From NCBI GenBank assembly GCA_950097015.1, contig CATNEN010000014.1, forward strand, positions 682,001 to 746,000: 64,000 nt of DNA. Direction: 5' to 3'. This DNA comes from Macrostomum hystrix. Taxonomy: Eukaryota; Animalia; Platyhelminthes. A program made the translations under genes and the position numbers. Below, one piece after another: positions 49,196-61,100 of this stretch. Position 1 is the first letter of the stretch. Each line of letters begins with the position of its first letter. Under the pieces are notes generated by a model. It saw only the letters and a program-made list of their open reading frames with translations, had not been told where the DNA came from and did no database searches.

Positions 49196-52100
49196 ATGCC
49201 TGCCGCAGCCAGCGATGAGCGGCGCTTCATCCTCTGCGGCCGCTACCCCTGGGAGGTTCTGGCCTCCGACCGTGGCGCGCAGTGTAACTCGACATCGCCC
49301 GACTTTGGCGTCTGCTTTGAACAGCTCTGCCTGCAGCTGCCCTGCCAGCTCAGCTACCTGCTGGCCCTGCTGGCCATCACCCTGAGCATTGGCTTCGCCG
49401 ACGGTCGCGAAGACGCTCGAGAGGTGAGCAGTGCTGACCCGCCGCTGCTTGGCGATTATCGCGAGGACGACCGGCGAGGCTCTGGCGTCAGGCAGCGCTG
49501 GCACCCGCTGCTGCGCCTCCGCGCCCTGCTGTCCTCGGCTCTGTTGCTAAGCAACACGGCACGCATCGGCTCGCTGGTGTACTTTGACTCGGTCACGGAT
49601 GAGCTGCCCGCGTTCATCAACTCCGTGCTGGGCATCATGCTCTGGTTCGCAGCGGCCATCGTAAATGCCCTTCACGCTTCCCAGCCAGCGAGCTGCGGGC
49701 GGCGCCGTGACAGTTGCCTAGCAACCACTCGCTATCCCCTGCCGGCGCTCTTCCCACTGCTCTGCTTGGTGGCCGTGGCCTTCCTTGAGGCGCGCAGCCT
49801 TCAGCAGCAGCCGCAGGGCCTGCCGCAGCCAATGCAGCAGCCGGTGGCGCTGGCAATTCACTACGCCATTCTCGTGCCGCTGTTTCTCTACGCCTTGACG
49901 CACACCCCGGCGCTGCGCCTGAGGGCCAAGAAACTGCCCCAGGCACGGGCGGCACGAACTTATAGCACTTTTTCTGCGGTGAGCTGCTGGCAAAGTATCA
50001 GTTGCGTGTTGTTTAGTAAGCTGTGTGACCCATTCTGCAGTTTGGTGAGCTGTGTGACCCATTCTGCAGTTTGGTGAGCTGTGTGACCCATTCTGCAGTT
50101 TGGTGAGCTGTGTGACCCATTCTGCAGTTTGGTCAGCTGTGTGACCCATTCTGCAGTTTGGTGAGCTGTGTGACCCATTCTGCAGTTTGGTGAGCTGTGT
50201 GACCCATTCTGCAGTTTGGTGAGCTGTGTGACCCATTCTGCAGTTTGGTGAGCTGTGTGACCATTCTGCAGTTTGGTGAGCTGTGTGACCCATTCTGCAG
50301 TTTGGTGAGCTGTGTAACCCATTCTGCAGTTTGGTGAGCTGTGTGACCCATTCTGCAGTTTGGTGAGCTGTGTGACCCATTCTGCAGTTTGGTGAGCTGT
50401 GTAACCCATTCTGCAGTTTGGTGAGCTGTGTAACCCATTCTGCAGTTTGGTGAGCTGTGTAACCCATTCTGCAGTTTGGTGAGCTGTGTAACCCATTCTG
50501 CAGTTTGGTGAGCTGTGTGACCCATCAATTAGTTAGCTGGTTGCTCTAAGCGTTACTCCTCGCTTTGATCGTACAGAGCGAGCCCCTGCCGCAGCCTGTC
50601 AACTCGGGCCTTGTCAGCGACCTGCTGTTCCTGTGGCTGTCGCCGCTTATGCAACGCGCTGCTGACGCCGCAGCCGCTTCAGCCACCTGTAGTGACGAGA
50701 GCGGCGGTGTAGGCATTCAGGGTCCAGACGACCTGCCGGAGCTGCCGCCAACACTTCTGGTGAGCTCCGTAGAGCACAGCGTCGGTCTGGACGATCCGCG
50801 CCTCGGCTGCCGCAGTGACTCGGTGCAGCAGTTCCTCCCCGGCGCCTCCGTCAACGAGGACGCCCTGACGGAGTCAACAGATGAAACAGTTGGCGCAGCC
50901 CGCGTGGCTGTCATCACGCAGCCCTGGCGCTGCTCGGAGACGCCACCAAAGCCTCTGCTGGCCCGGCGCCCGCTTCTGACTGTCTTGCGCACTGCCTTCG
51001 GCTTCGAGTACGCCTGCCTTGGCGCTTTGAAGCTATTCGCTGACGCGTGCGCATTCTGCGGGCCGCTAGCGCTGAACTGGTTCGTCGGCTTCCTGGAGGC
51101 AACACCGGAGACGCGCGGCCCAGACTGGTGGGGCGGCGTCTACGTGGCCATCTTAGTGACCTCCAGCCTGCTGGCAGCCGCTGCCTCCACCGCCTTCAAC
51201 TACCGCACCGGCCTTCTGGTGCTGAAGGCCCGCAGCGCACTCGTGTCGCTGGTCTACCGGTGAGACGACAACACCTATGCCTGCTGGACATTCAATAGCT
51301 TACTCTGCTAACTGGCACGCATGTCAGATCCTCATTTACGCACAATGTCCCGAGATTCGCACTACTGCACAACAGCCGGGGGTTTCTCTCGTGCATTCTC
51401 CTCATTGAACTGTCTGCATTTCTCAGCTTTATCTACAGCAGCATTTCACCATCTCGCTCACTTGTCCAGGAAAACACTGAATGTGCCATTGTCAGCTCTG
51501 GGCCAGTACAGCTCCGGCCAGGCGCTGAACTTCCTGTCCACCGATGCCGATCGTATTGTGAACTTCTGCCCCAGCTTTCACCAGCTCTGGTCCATGCCGC
51601 TGCAGATTGTGGTGGTCACCGCAATGCTCTGGTATCAGGTGCGGGCTTGCCTGTCACATTGCTCTGAGGGGGGTGGGTATGAGTATGCTCAGAGTGAGTG
51701 TGCTCAGAGTGTGAGTGTGCTCAGGGTGTCAGTGTTCTCAGGGTGTGAGTGTGCTCAGGGTGAGTGTGCTCAGGGTGTGAGTGTGCTCATGGTGTGAGTG
51801 TGCTCAGGGTTAGTATGCTCAGGGTGAGTTTGCTCAGGGTTAGTGTGCTCAGGGTCGATAAACAGTGACTCCCGCATCACCGACCCAGGTGAACTGGGTG
51901 TGCATGGTCGGCCTGGCCTTCACTCTGCTCCTGCTGCCCGTGAATCGGCTGATCGCGGTGAAGATCGAGCAGCAGAGCGCGGCCTTGATGCGGCACAAAG
52001 ACCGCCGGGTGAAGCTCACAGGCGAGGTGCTGCGCGGCATTCGGCCTGTGAAGCTGTGGGCCTGGGAGGATGCCATGCGGAAGCGAATCCGGGACCACCG

Positions 52101-55100
52101 GCGCCGCGAACTGCGCGCTCTAAAGTGGCGCAAATACCTGGATGCCCTCTGCGTGTATTTCTGGGCCGCTACACCGGTGGCCATTTCTCTGCTCACCTTT
52201 GTGGCCTACTCGAAGATTGGCTACCAGCTCACAGCTGCCAAGGCGTTCACCTGCATCGCCCTTTTTGGCATGCTCATCACGCCGCTCAACGCCCTGCCCT
52301 GGGTGGTGAACGGCCTCATGGAGGCCCGCGTGTCGCTGCGCAGGGTGAACGGCTTCCTGCGCTGCCGAGAGATGCCGCCGCAATCCGAGGCTGGTGAGGC
52401 TTGGGGGTTGGACCCACCTCTGGTGCGGCTTGGGTGTCGGACCCATCCCTGGTATCGCATGAGGGTCGGACCCATCCCTGGTATCGCATGAGGGTCGGAC
52501 CCATCCCTGGTATCGCATGAGGGTCGGACCCATCCCTGGTATCGCATGAGGGTCGGACCCATCCCTGGTATCGCATGAGGGTCGGACCCATCCCTGGTAT
52601 CGCATGAAGGTCGGACCCATCCCTGGTATCGCATGAGGGTCGGACCCATCCCTGGTATCGCATGAGGATCGGACCCATTCCAGGTGTCGCATGAGGGTCG
52701 GACCCATCCCTGGTATCGCATGAGGGTCGGACCCATCCCTGGTATCGCATGAGGGTCGGACCCATCCCTGGTATCGCATGAGGGTCGGACCCATGCCTGG
52801 TATCGCATGAGGGTCGGACCCATCCAAGGTGTTGCATGAGGGTCGGACCCATCCAAGGTGTCGCATGAGGGTCGGACCCATCCAAGGTGTCGCATGAGGG
52901 TCGGACCCATTCCAGGTGTCGCATGAGGGTCAGACCCATCCCTTGTATCGCTTGAGTGTAAGGATATTCAAGGCAGTTTAAGTCTTAGCAAACATTTTCT
53001 GTATGTTCCTCGTAGGCGTGGCGTGGAGCGATAGCCAGATCGAGTTGTTCGGCGCGTCCTTCGCCTGGAAGGAAGCGGAACAGGAGCAGCAACAGCAGCA
53101 GCAGGACTTCTTCTGCATCAGAGAGTTGACACTGAAGATAGCCAAGGTAGGCAGGCGGGCAGGAAGGGTGGCTGGTTCCCTTTGTAGGGTCTGACGTGGC
53201 ATCGCTTCGCTCCCGTCCGCAGGGCCAGTTCATCGGCATCGTCGGTCCGGTTGGCTCAGGCAAATCCTCCCTTCTGCTGGCTGTGCAGCGGGAACTGCGG
53301 AAACTCACCGGCGAGCTGCGCCAGTCCGAGCTGCTGCATTGCGGCGAAGGCGGCGAAGGTAGGAGCAACAGCTGTTTAGTCCCTGCAGTAGAAGTCGCCA
53401 CAGCCGCCCAAAATCTGCCGGGTCAGAAGTCCAATGTATTCCATTTTTATAATTCTCCTCCTACAGGAGGTGGCATCGCCTACGTGGCCCAGGAGCCGTG
53501 GCTGCAGCGCGGCAGCGTGCAGGACAATATCCTGTTCGGCGCCGAGCTGGAACCCGACTGGCTGCATGCGGTGGTTCGAGCCTGCGGCCTTCAGGCCGAC
53601 CTGCCCGACCTGCCGCGCGGCCTCCACACTGAGGTTGGCGAGGGTGGCCAGGCGCTGAGCGGCGGCCAGCGGGCGCGGGTGGCCCTGGCTCGGGCCGTCT
53701 ACCAGCGGGCCCAGGTGTACCTGCTGGATGACCCGCTGGCCTCGGTGAGTCCGATTCTGTATCCTGGTTTCTATTGTTTTCCTGGTTTCTATTCTTCACC
53801 TAGTTTCTATTGTTCACCTGGTTTCTATTGTTCACCTAGTTTCTATTGTTCACCTAGTTTCTATTGTTCACCTGGTTTCTATTGTTCACCTAGTTTCTAT
53901 TGTTCACCTGGTTTCTATTGTTCACTTGGTTTCTATTGTTCACCTGGTTTCTATTGTTCACTTGGTTTCTATTGTTCACTTGGTTTCTATTGTTCACCTG
54001 GTTTCTATTGTTCTCCTGGTTTCTATTGTTCACCTAGTTTCTATTGTTCACCTAGTTTCTATTGTTCACCTGGTTTCTATTGTTCACCTAGTTTCTATTG
54101 TTCACCTGGTTTCTATTGTTCACTTGGTTTCTATTGTTCACCTGGTTTCTATTGTTCACTTGGTTTCTATTGTTCACCTGGTTTCTATTGTTCACCTAGT
54201 TTCTATTGTTCACCTGGTTTCTATTGTTCACCTAGTTTCTATTCTTCACCTAGTTTCTATTGTTCACCTGGTTTCTATTGTTCACCTAGTTTCTATTGTT
54301 CACCTAGTTTCTATTGTTCACCTGGTTTCTATTGTTCACCTAGTTTCTATTGTTCACCTAGTTTCTATTGTTCACCTGGTTTCTATTGTTCACCTGGTTT
54401 CTATTGTTCTCCTGGTTTCTATTGTTCACCTGGTTTCTATTGTTCACCTGGTTTCTATTGTTCTCCTGGTTTCTATTGTTCACCTGGTTTCTATTGTTCA
54501 CCTGGTTTCTATTGTTCTCCTGGTTTCTATTGTTCACCTGGTTTCTATTGTTCACCTGGTTTCTATTGTTCTCCTGGTTTCTATTGTTCACCTGGTTTCT
54601 ATTGTTCTCCTGGTTTCTATTGTTCACCTGGTTTCTATTGTTCACCTGGTTTCTATTGTTCTCCTGGTTTCTATTGTTCACCTGGTTTCTTTTGTTCACC
54701 CGGTTTCTCTATTCTCTTAATATTAAAACGCAGGTCGACGCCCGCACCGCGTCCCGCCTTGTCGACCGCTGCTTTCTCGGTCTCCTGCGGGATCGAACTC
54801 GCGTCCTTGTCACTCACCGGACCGGCTACCTGGCCAGCGCCGATTGGGTCTTCACTCTGGCCGACGGTCGCGTGGTTGACGGCGGCCCGCCCAGCCGTGT
54901 TCTCGGCACTCGTGCTCTCGAGACAGAGGAGTCGCTGCCTGTCGACGTTGCCGACGCTGTTACCGAGGACGCCGCCGCAGATACGGACGCAGAGGTTGAC
55001 AATTTCGGCGAAGATACCGACGGTACTGCAGGTCTGCGACTGCCTAGGCGACGTCGCCGAACTACCATAGACAGCGACGCCGTGGCTGACCAGCAAATCC

Positions 55101-58100
55101 ACCTGACCGACGGTCCCGAAGACTCGGTTGATGCTACGGGCGCCGTCGCGACGGGAGCTGTCAGCGCCGCCGATGATGGCCTGGCGGACAGCGGCGACGC
55201 GGAGGCTCGGGAGTTCGGCTCAGTAGACTCGGCTGTTTACCTGGCATATGCGCACAGCGTCGGCTGGCTGCTGGCAGCCGCTGTGCTGCTCAGCCTGCTG
55301 CTCATGCAGGTGACTGCTGGCCTCCTGACTCACTTGTTATAGCATCAAAGTGTTTTATCTTTCAGCAGAAAATCCTTAATCCTTTAGCATCCCCCCTAAA
55401 TCCCAAAATCCTTGGGCATACCAGTTTTTTAAATCCCCAAATCCTTAAGCATCTCAGTTTTTAAATCCCTAAGTCCTTGAGCATCTCACTTTTCAAATCC
55501 TCAAATTCTAAAGCATTCCAGTTTTTAAATCCCCAAATCCTTAAGCATCTCAGTTTTTAAATCCCCAAATCCTTAAGCATCTCAGTTTTCAAATCCCTAA
55601 GTCCTTGAGCATCTCACTTTTCAAATCCCCAAATCCTTGAGCATCTTAATTTTTTAATCCCCAAATCCTAAAGCATTCCAGTTTTCAAATCCCCAAATCC
55701 TAAAGCATTCCAGTTTTCAAATCCCCAAATCCTTAAGCATTCCAGTTTTCAAATCCCCAAACCTTGCTTGTTCCCCGCTGGCTCCTTGCAGGGCAGCCGC
55801 AACGCCTCCGATCTGTGGCTGGCGGCCTGGACCGGCAACCGGACCCACAAATCCACCGAGTTCTACCTGACTGTCTACGGCGGCCTGGCGGGCGCCAACT
55901 CGCTGTTCACGCTGGCTCGGGCGCTGCTGTTCGCCCGCGGCGGCCTCCGGGCTGCCCAGCTGGTGCACAAGCAGCTCCTGCTCTCCGTCCTGCGCGCCCC
56001 CGTCCAGTTCTTCGATGCCTGCCCGCTTGGCCGCCTGGTCAATCGCTTCTCCAGCGACCTGTACACCGTGGATGACACCCTGCCTTTCCAGCTGAATATC
56101 CTTCTGGCTCAGGTTGGGCTAGGGCTTACTGCTCAGAAAAGTAGTTTTCTGATTCCTGTTTCTAGCACACTTATCTGACTGTTCTGACACTATTTTCTGA
56201 TACCTTGTTCTGACAGCTAATCCTGACACCCTGTTCTGACACCCTGTTCTGACACCCTGTTCTGACACCCCCACCTCGCTCATTTTAACCCCTATTTTGG
56301 CACGCTCCTGACAGTTGCCTCTGCTGCATCCTTTCGCAGTTCTTCGGGCTGGCTGGCACCCTCGCCGTGATATGCCTGTCCCTGCCAGCCGTGCTGCTGC
56401 TGCTGCTGCCGCTGGCTTGCTGCTACTGGTCTGTGCAGGACCGCTACCGGGCCACCTCGCGCGAGCTGAAGCGCATCAACAGCGTGGCGCTGTCGCCAAT
56501 GTACTCGCACTACCTGGAGACCCTGGCCGGCCTGCCTGTCATTCGAGGCCACGGCAGGTTTGTCGCTGAGAAATCAGTTTCTGGTCCAGTGTCACACAGC
56601 TGCTCAAACTGGCTTTGCTGATTCCCCGCAGGCAGGGCCGCTTCCTGGCTGCCAACAGGCGCCACCTCACTCGCTTCGTCCGCGCTGGCTACTCCGGCAC
56701 CGCCGTTGCCGCCTGGCTGCAGCTCCGCCTTCAACTGCTTGGCGTTGCCGTCGTGGCCGGAGTTGTCACCGTTGCCATGGCAACCGAACTACTTGACAGC
56801 GCCGACGCCGGATTGGTCGGCCTGGCGTCCGCCTATGCCATGGGCATCACTGGGGCGCTCAATGGGGTGGTGACCTACGCCACGGAGACCGAGAAGGAGA
56901 TGGTTGCCATGGAGCGCCTGCTGGAGTACTCGGTGGCCCTGCCCAATGAGGAGGCCGGACCTGGCACTCAGATGGTGAGTGGCTTCCGCTGTTCTGTTCT
57001 TCTTAAACTATACCAAGCCAGCTACTCTACTCATAGTAGGCGACTGGAGCGTTTTTTCTCTTACAAAGATGACTTACCTCTGAGCTGCGGTCACTCTCAA
57101 CACTGTTTCCGTCACTCTCATCACTCTGTTTACGTCACTCTTATCACTCTGTTTCTGTCACTCTCATCACTCTGTTTCCGTCACTCTCATCACTCTGTTT
57201 CCGTCACTCTCATCACTCTGTTTACGTCACTCTCATCACTCTGTTTATGTCACTCTCATCACTCTGTTTCTGTCACTCTCATCACTCTGTTTATGTCACT
57301 CTCATCACTCTGTTTCTGTTACTTATCACTTTGTGACGTCTGACAGCCTCGTGTTCAGCTATTTTTCAGCATAAATTAACCTTAGTACTATAGTACACGT
57401 ATTAGCTTTATTATAGGATTCTATAACAGTTCCAATTGATTGTTGTTGTTGTGTTTCTTGTTTAAGTCGATATGTATCGAAATATATTTAATCGCGGCAG
57501 GGAACTGAAGGCCCAGGCGATCCTCATCCAAAATACAGCCTATCGCATTGGATTAGGCTGTTAGGCTCCCATTAGAGAGATTAAGAGATCACAAAAGCTT
57601 TGCTAGCCAGACAATCACACAAAAGCCAAGGCCGGCCTGTCGTTTGTAATTTCCTGCCAGCATGCAGGGACGCCGCCCATAAGGCCATCAATCAGAACGG
57701 CTGCTCGCCGCTTGTTCAGAGGCCTCCAGTGGCCTCTTCTGCTTCTGTTGATGCAGTTGGCTTGCAATAACATTTTGCCCTCCCCACCAGCCCCTTGGGC
57801 GTGGAAAAAGTGTTGATGGCGGAGTGCCGGCCCCGAGTGTCGCGAATGTCCCGACATACCGACATTCCAGGGTGCGGAGCGAGGAACTGGATGGGGTGGC
57901 GACATCTGTGCCTTCATTGTGGCATGCGAGGGGTCTGTAATAATGGAAACCGGATAGGACTGGCTGCTGCTGCTGCTGCTGCTTGGACAAGCTGCACTTT
58001 CTCTGCGCCTGGCCTGCCTCTGTTCCTCTGAATAATTGCTTTTAGCAGACTGTCCCTGTAATTTAATGCATACTCCTTAGTCTGTATTTGCCTTCTAGAA

Positions 58101-61100
58101 CATAATTCTGGTGCCTATCTGCCTTCTAGAACATAATTCTGGTGTCTATCTGCCTTCTAGAACATAATTCTGGTGTCTATCTGACATCTAGAACATAATT
58201 CTGGTGCCTATCTGCCTTCTAGAACATAATTCTGGTGCCTATCTGCCTTCTAGAACATAATTCTGGTGCCTATCTGCCTTCTAGAACATAATTCTGGTGC
58301 CTATCTGCCTTCTAGAACATAATTCTGGTGCCTATCTGCCTTCTAGAACATAATTCTGGTGCCTATCTGCCTTCTAGAACATAATTCTGGTGTCTATCTG
58401 CCTTCTAGAACATAATTCTGGTGTCTATCTGACATCTAGAACATAATTCTGGTGTCTATCTGACATCTAGAACAGAATTCTGGTGCCTATCTGCCTTCTA
58501 GAACATAATTCTGGTGCCTATCTGCCTTCTAGAACATAATTCTGGTGCCTATCTGCCTTCTAGAACATAATTCTGGTGTCTATCTGCCTTCTAGAACATA
58601 ATTCTGGTGCCTATCTGCCTTCTAGAACATAATTCTGGTGCCTATCTGCCTTGAAAAACATAATTTTGGTGTCTATCTGCCTTCTAGAACATAATTCTGG
58701 TGTCTATCTGACATCTAGAACATAATTCTGGTGCCTATCTGCCTTGAAAAACATAATTTTGGTGTCTATCTGCCTTCTAGAACATAATTCTGGTGCCTAT
58801 CTGCCTTGAAAAACATAATTTTGGTGTCTATCTGCCTTCTAGAACATAATTCTGGTGCCTATCTGCCTTGAAAAACATAATTCTGGTGTCTATCTACCTT
58901 CTAGAACATAATTCTGGTGCCTATCTGCCTTCTAGAACATAATTCTGGTGCCTATCTGCCTTCTAGAACATAATTCTGGTGCCTATCTGCCTTCTAGAAC
59001 ATAATTCTGGTGTCTATCTGCCTTCTAGAACATAATTCTGGTGCCTATCTGCCTTCTAGAACATAATTCTGGTGCCTATCTGCCTTGAAAAACATAATTT
59101 TGGTGTCTATCTGCCTTCTAGAACATAATTCTGGTGTCTATCTACCTTCTAGAACATAATTCTGGTGTCTATCTACCTTCTAGAACATAATTCTGGTGCC
59201 TATCTGCCTTCTAGAACATAATTCTGGTGCCTATCTGCCTTCTAGAACATAATTCTGGTGCCTATCTGCCTTCTAGAACATAATTCTGGTGCCTATCTGC
59301 CTTGAAAAACATAATTTTGGTGTCTATCTGCCTTCTAGAACATAATTCTGGTGTCTATCTACCTTCTAGAACATAATTCTGGTGTCTATCTACCTTCTAG
59401 AACATAATTCTGGTGCCTATCTGCCTTCTAGAACATAATTATGGTGCCTATCTGCCTTCTAGAATATAATTCTGGTGTCTATCTGACATCTAGAACATAA
59501 TTCTGGTGCCTATCTGCCTTCTAGAACATAATTCTGGTGCCTATCTGCCTTGAAAAACATAATTTTGGTGTCTATCTGCCTTCTAGAACATAATTCTGGT
59601 GTCTATCTACCTTCTAGAACATAATTCTGGTGTCTATCTACCTTCTAGAACATAATTCTGGTGTCTATCTGCCTTCTAGAACATAATTCTGGTGCCTATC
59701 TGCCTTCTAGAACATAATTCTGGTGTCTATCTGACATCTAGAACATAATTCTGGTGCCTATCTGCCTTCTAGAACATAATTCTGGTGTCTATCTGACATC
59801 TTGAACATAATTCTGGTGCCTATCTGCCTTCTAGAACATAATTCTGGTGTCTATCTGACATCTAGAACATAATTCTGGTGCCTATCTGCCTTGAAAAACA
59901 TAATTTTGGTGTCTATCTGCCTTCTAGAACATAATTCTGGTGTCTATCTACCTTCTAGAACATAATTCTGGTGTCTATCTGCCTTCTAGAACATAATTCT
60001 GGTGTCTATCTGCCTTCTAGAACACAATTCTGGTGTCTATCTGACATCTAGAACAGGACGATGGCATCTATATTTCATCTAGAACAGGATGATGGCATCT
60101 ATATTTCATCTAGAACAGGATGCTGGCATGTATATTTCATCTAGAACAGGATGATGGCATCTATATTTCATCTAGAACAAGATGATGGCATGTATATTTC
60201 ATCTAGAACAGGATGCTGGCATCTATATTTCATCTAGAACAGGATGATGGCATCTATATTTCATCTAGAACAGGATGCTGGCATCTATATTTCATCTATA
60301 ACAGGATGAAGGCATCTATATTTCATCTAGAACAGGATGATGGCATCTATATTTCATCTAGAACAGGATGATGGCATCTATATTTCATCTAGAACAGGAT
60401 GCTGGCATCTATATTTCATCTAGAGCAGGATGCTGGCATGTATATTTCATATAGAACAAGATGATGGCATCTATATTTCATCTAGAACAGGATGCTGGCA
60501 TCTATATTTCTTCTAGAACAGGATGATGGCATCTATATTTCATCTAGAACAGGATGCTGGCATCTATCTGTCATCTTAAACAGAATACTTGCACCTATCT
60601 GCCATCTGAAACAGAATACTTGCACCTATCTGCCATCTGAAACAGAATACTTGCACCTATCTGCCATCTGAAACAGAATACCTGCACCTATCTGCCATCT
60701 GAAACAGAATACTTACACCTATCTGCCATCTGAAACAGAATACTTGCACCTATCTGCCATCTGAAACAGAATACTTGCACCTATCTGCCATCTGAAACAG
60801 AATACTTGCACCTATCTGCCATTCAGAATAATATATTATGGCATCAGCCAGCTCTGTCATATTAACACTGGCATCTCAGGCTACCCGAGAAATCACACCA
60901 ATAGTACATTAAGTAGATTCGCTCACCCCATTGTGGCGCCCCAGCCCCTCTTCTGCAACCAGTCTGCTCCTGGTGGATTCCTGCAGGCTGAAGTTCGTCA
61001 AGCGCTGCTCTGGCCGATGCTCAGCCGTCAGTTTTGTCTGAAAAGCCAACCCAGTGTCCAGATAAGCGTGTTAGACCGCACCGACTGCAATTTAGTACTG

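Noticed and set aside
53359-53466. In-frame, stop-free 108-nt intron as coding sequence
   Set aside because: Canonical GTAGG donor and pyrimidine tract with CAG; retention would insert 36 aa into NBD1 between Walker A and the Q-loop. Possible but unsupported without transcripts.
53196-55070. 624-aa ORF with about 53 PGFYCS repeats fused to NBD1
   Set aside because: It is read-through of introns 6 and 7; the repeat lies between a strong donor (53745) and acceptor (54733) whose splicing restores the conserved DDPLASVD motif. A stop-free frame is expected by chance for an 18-mer.
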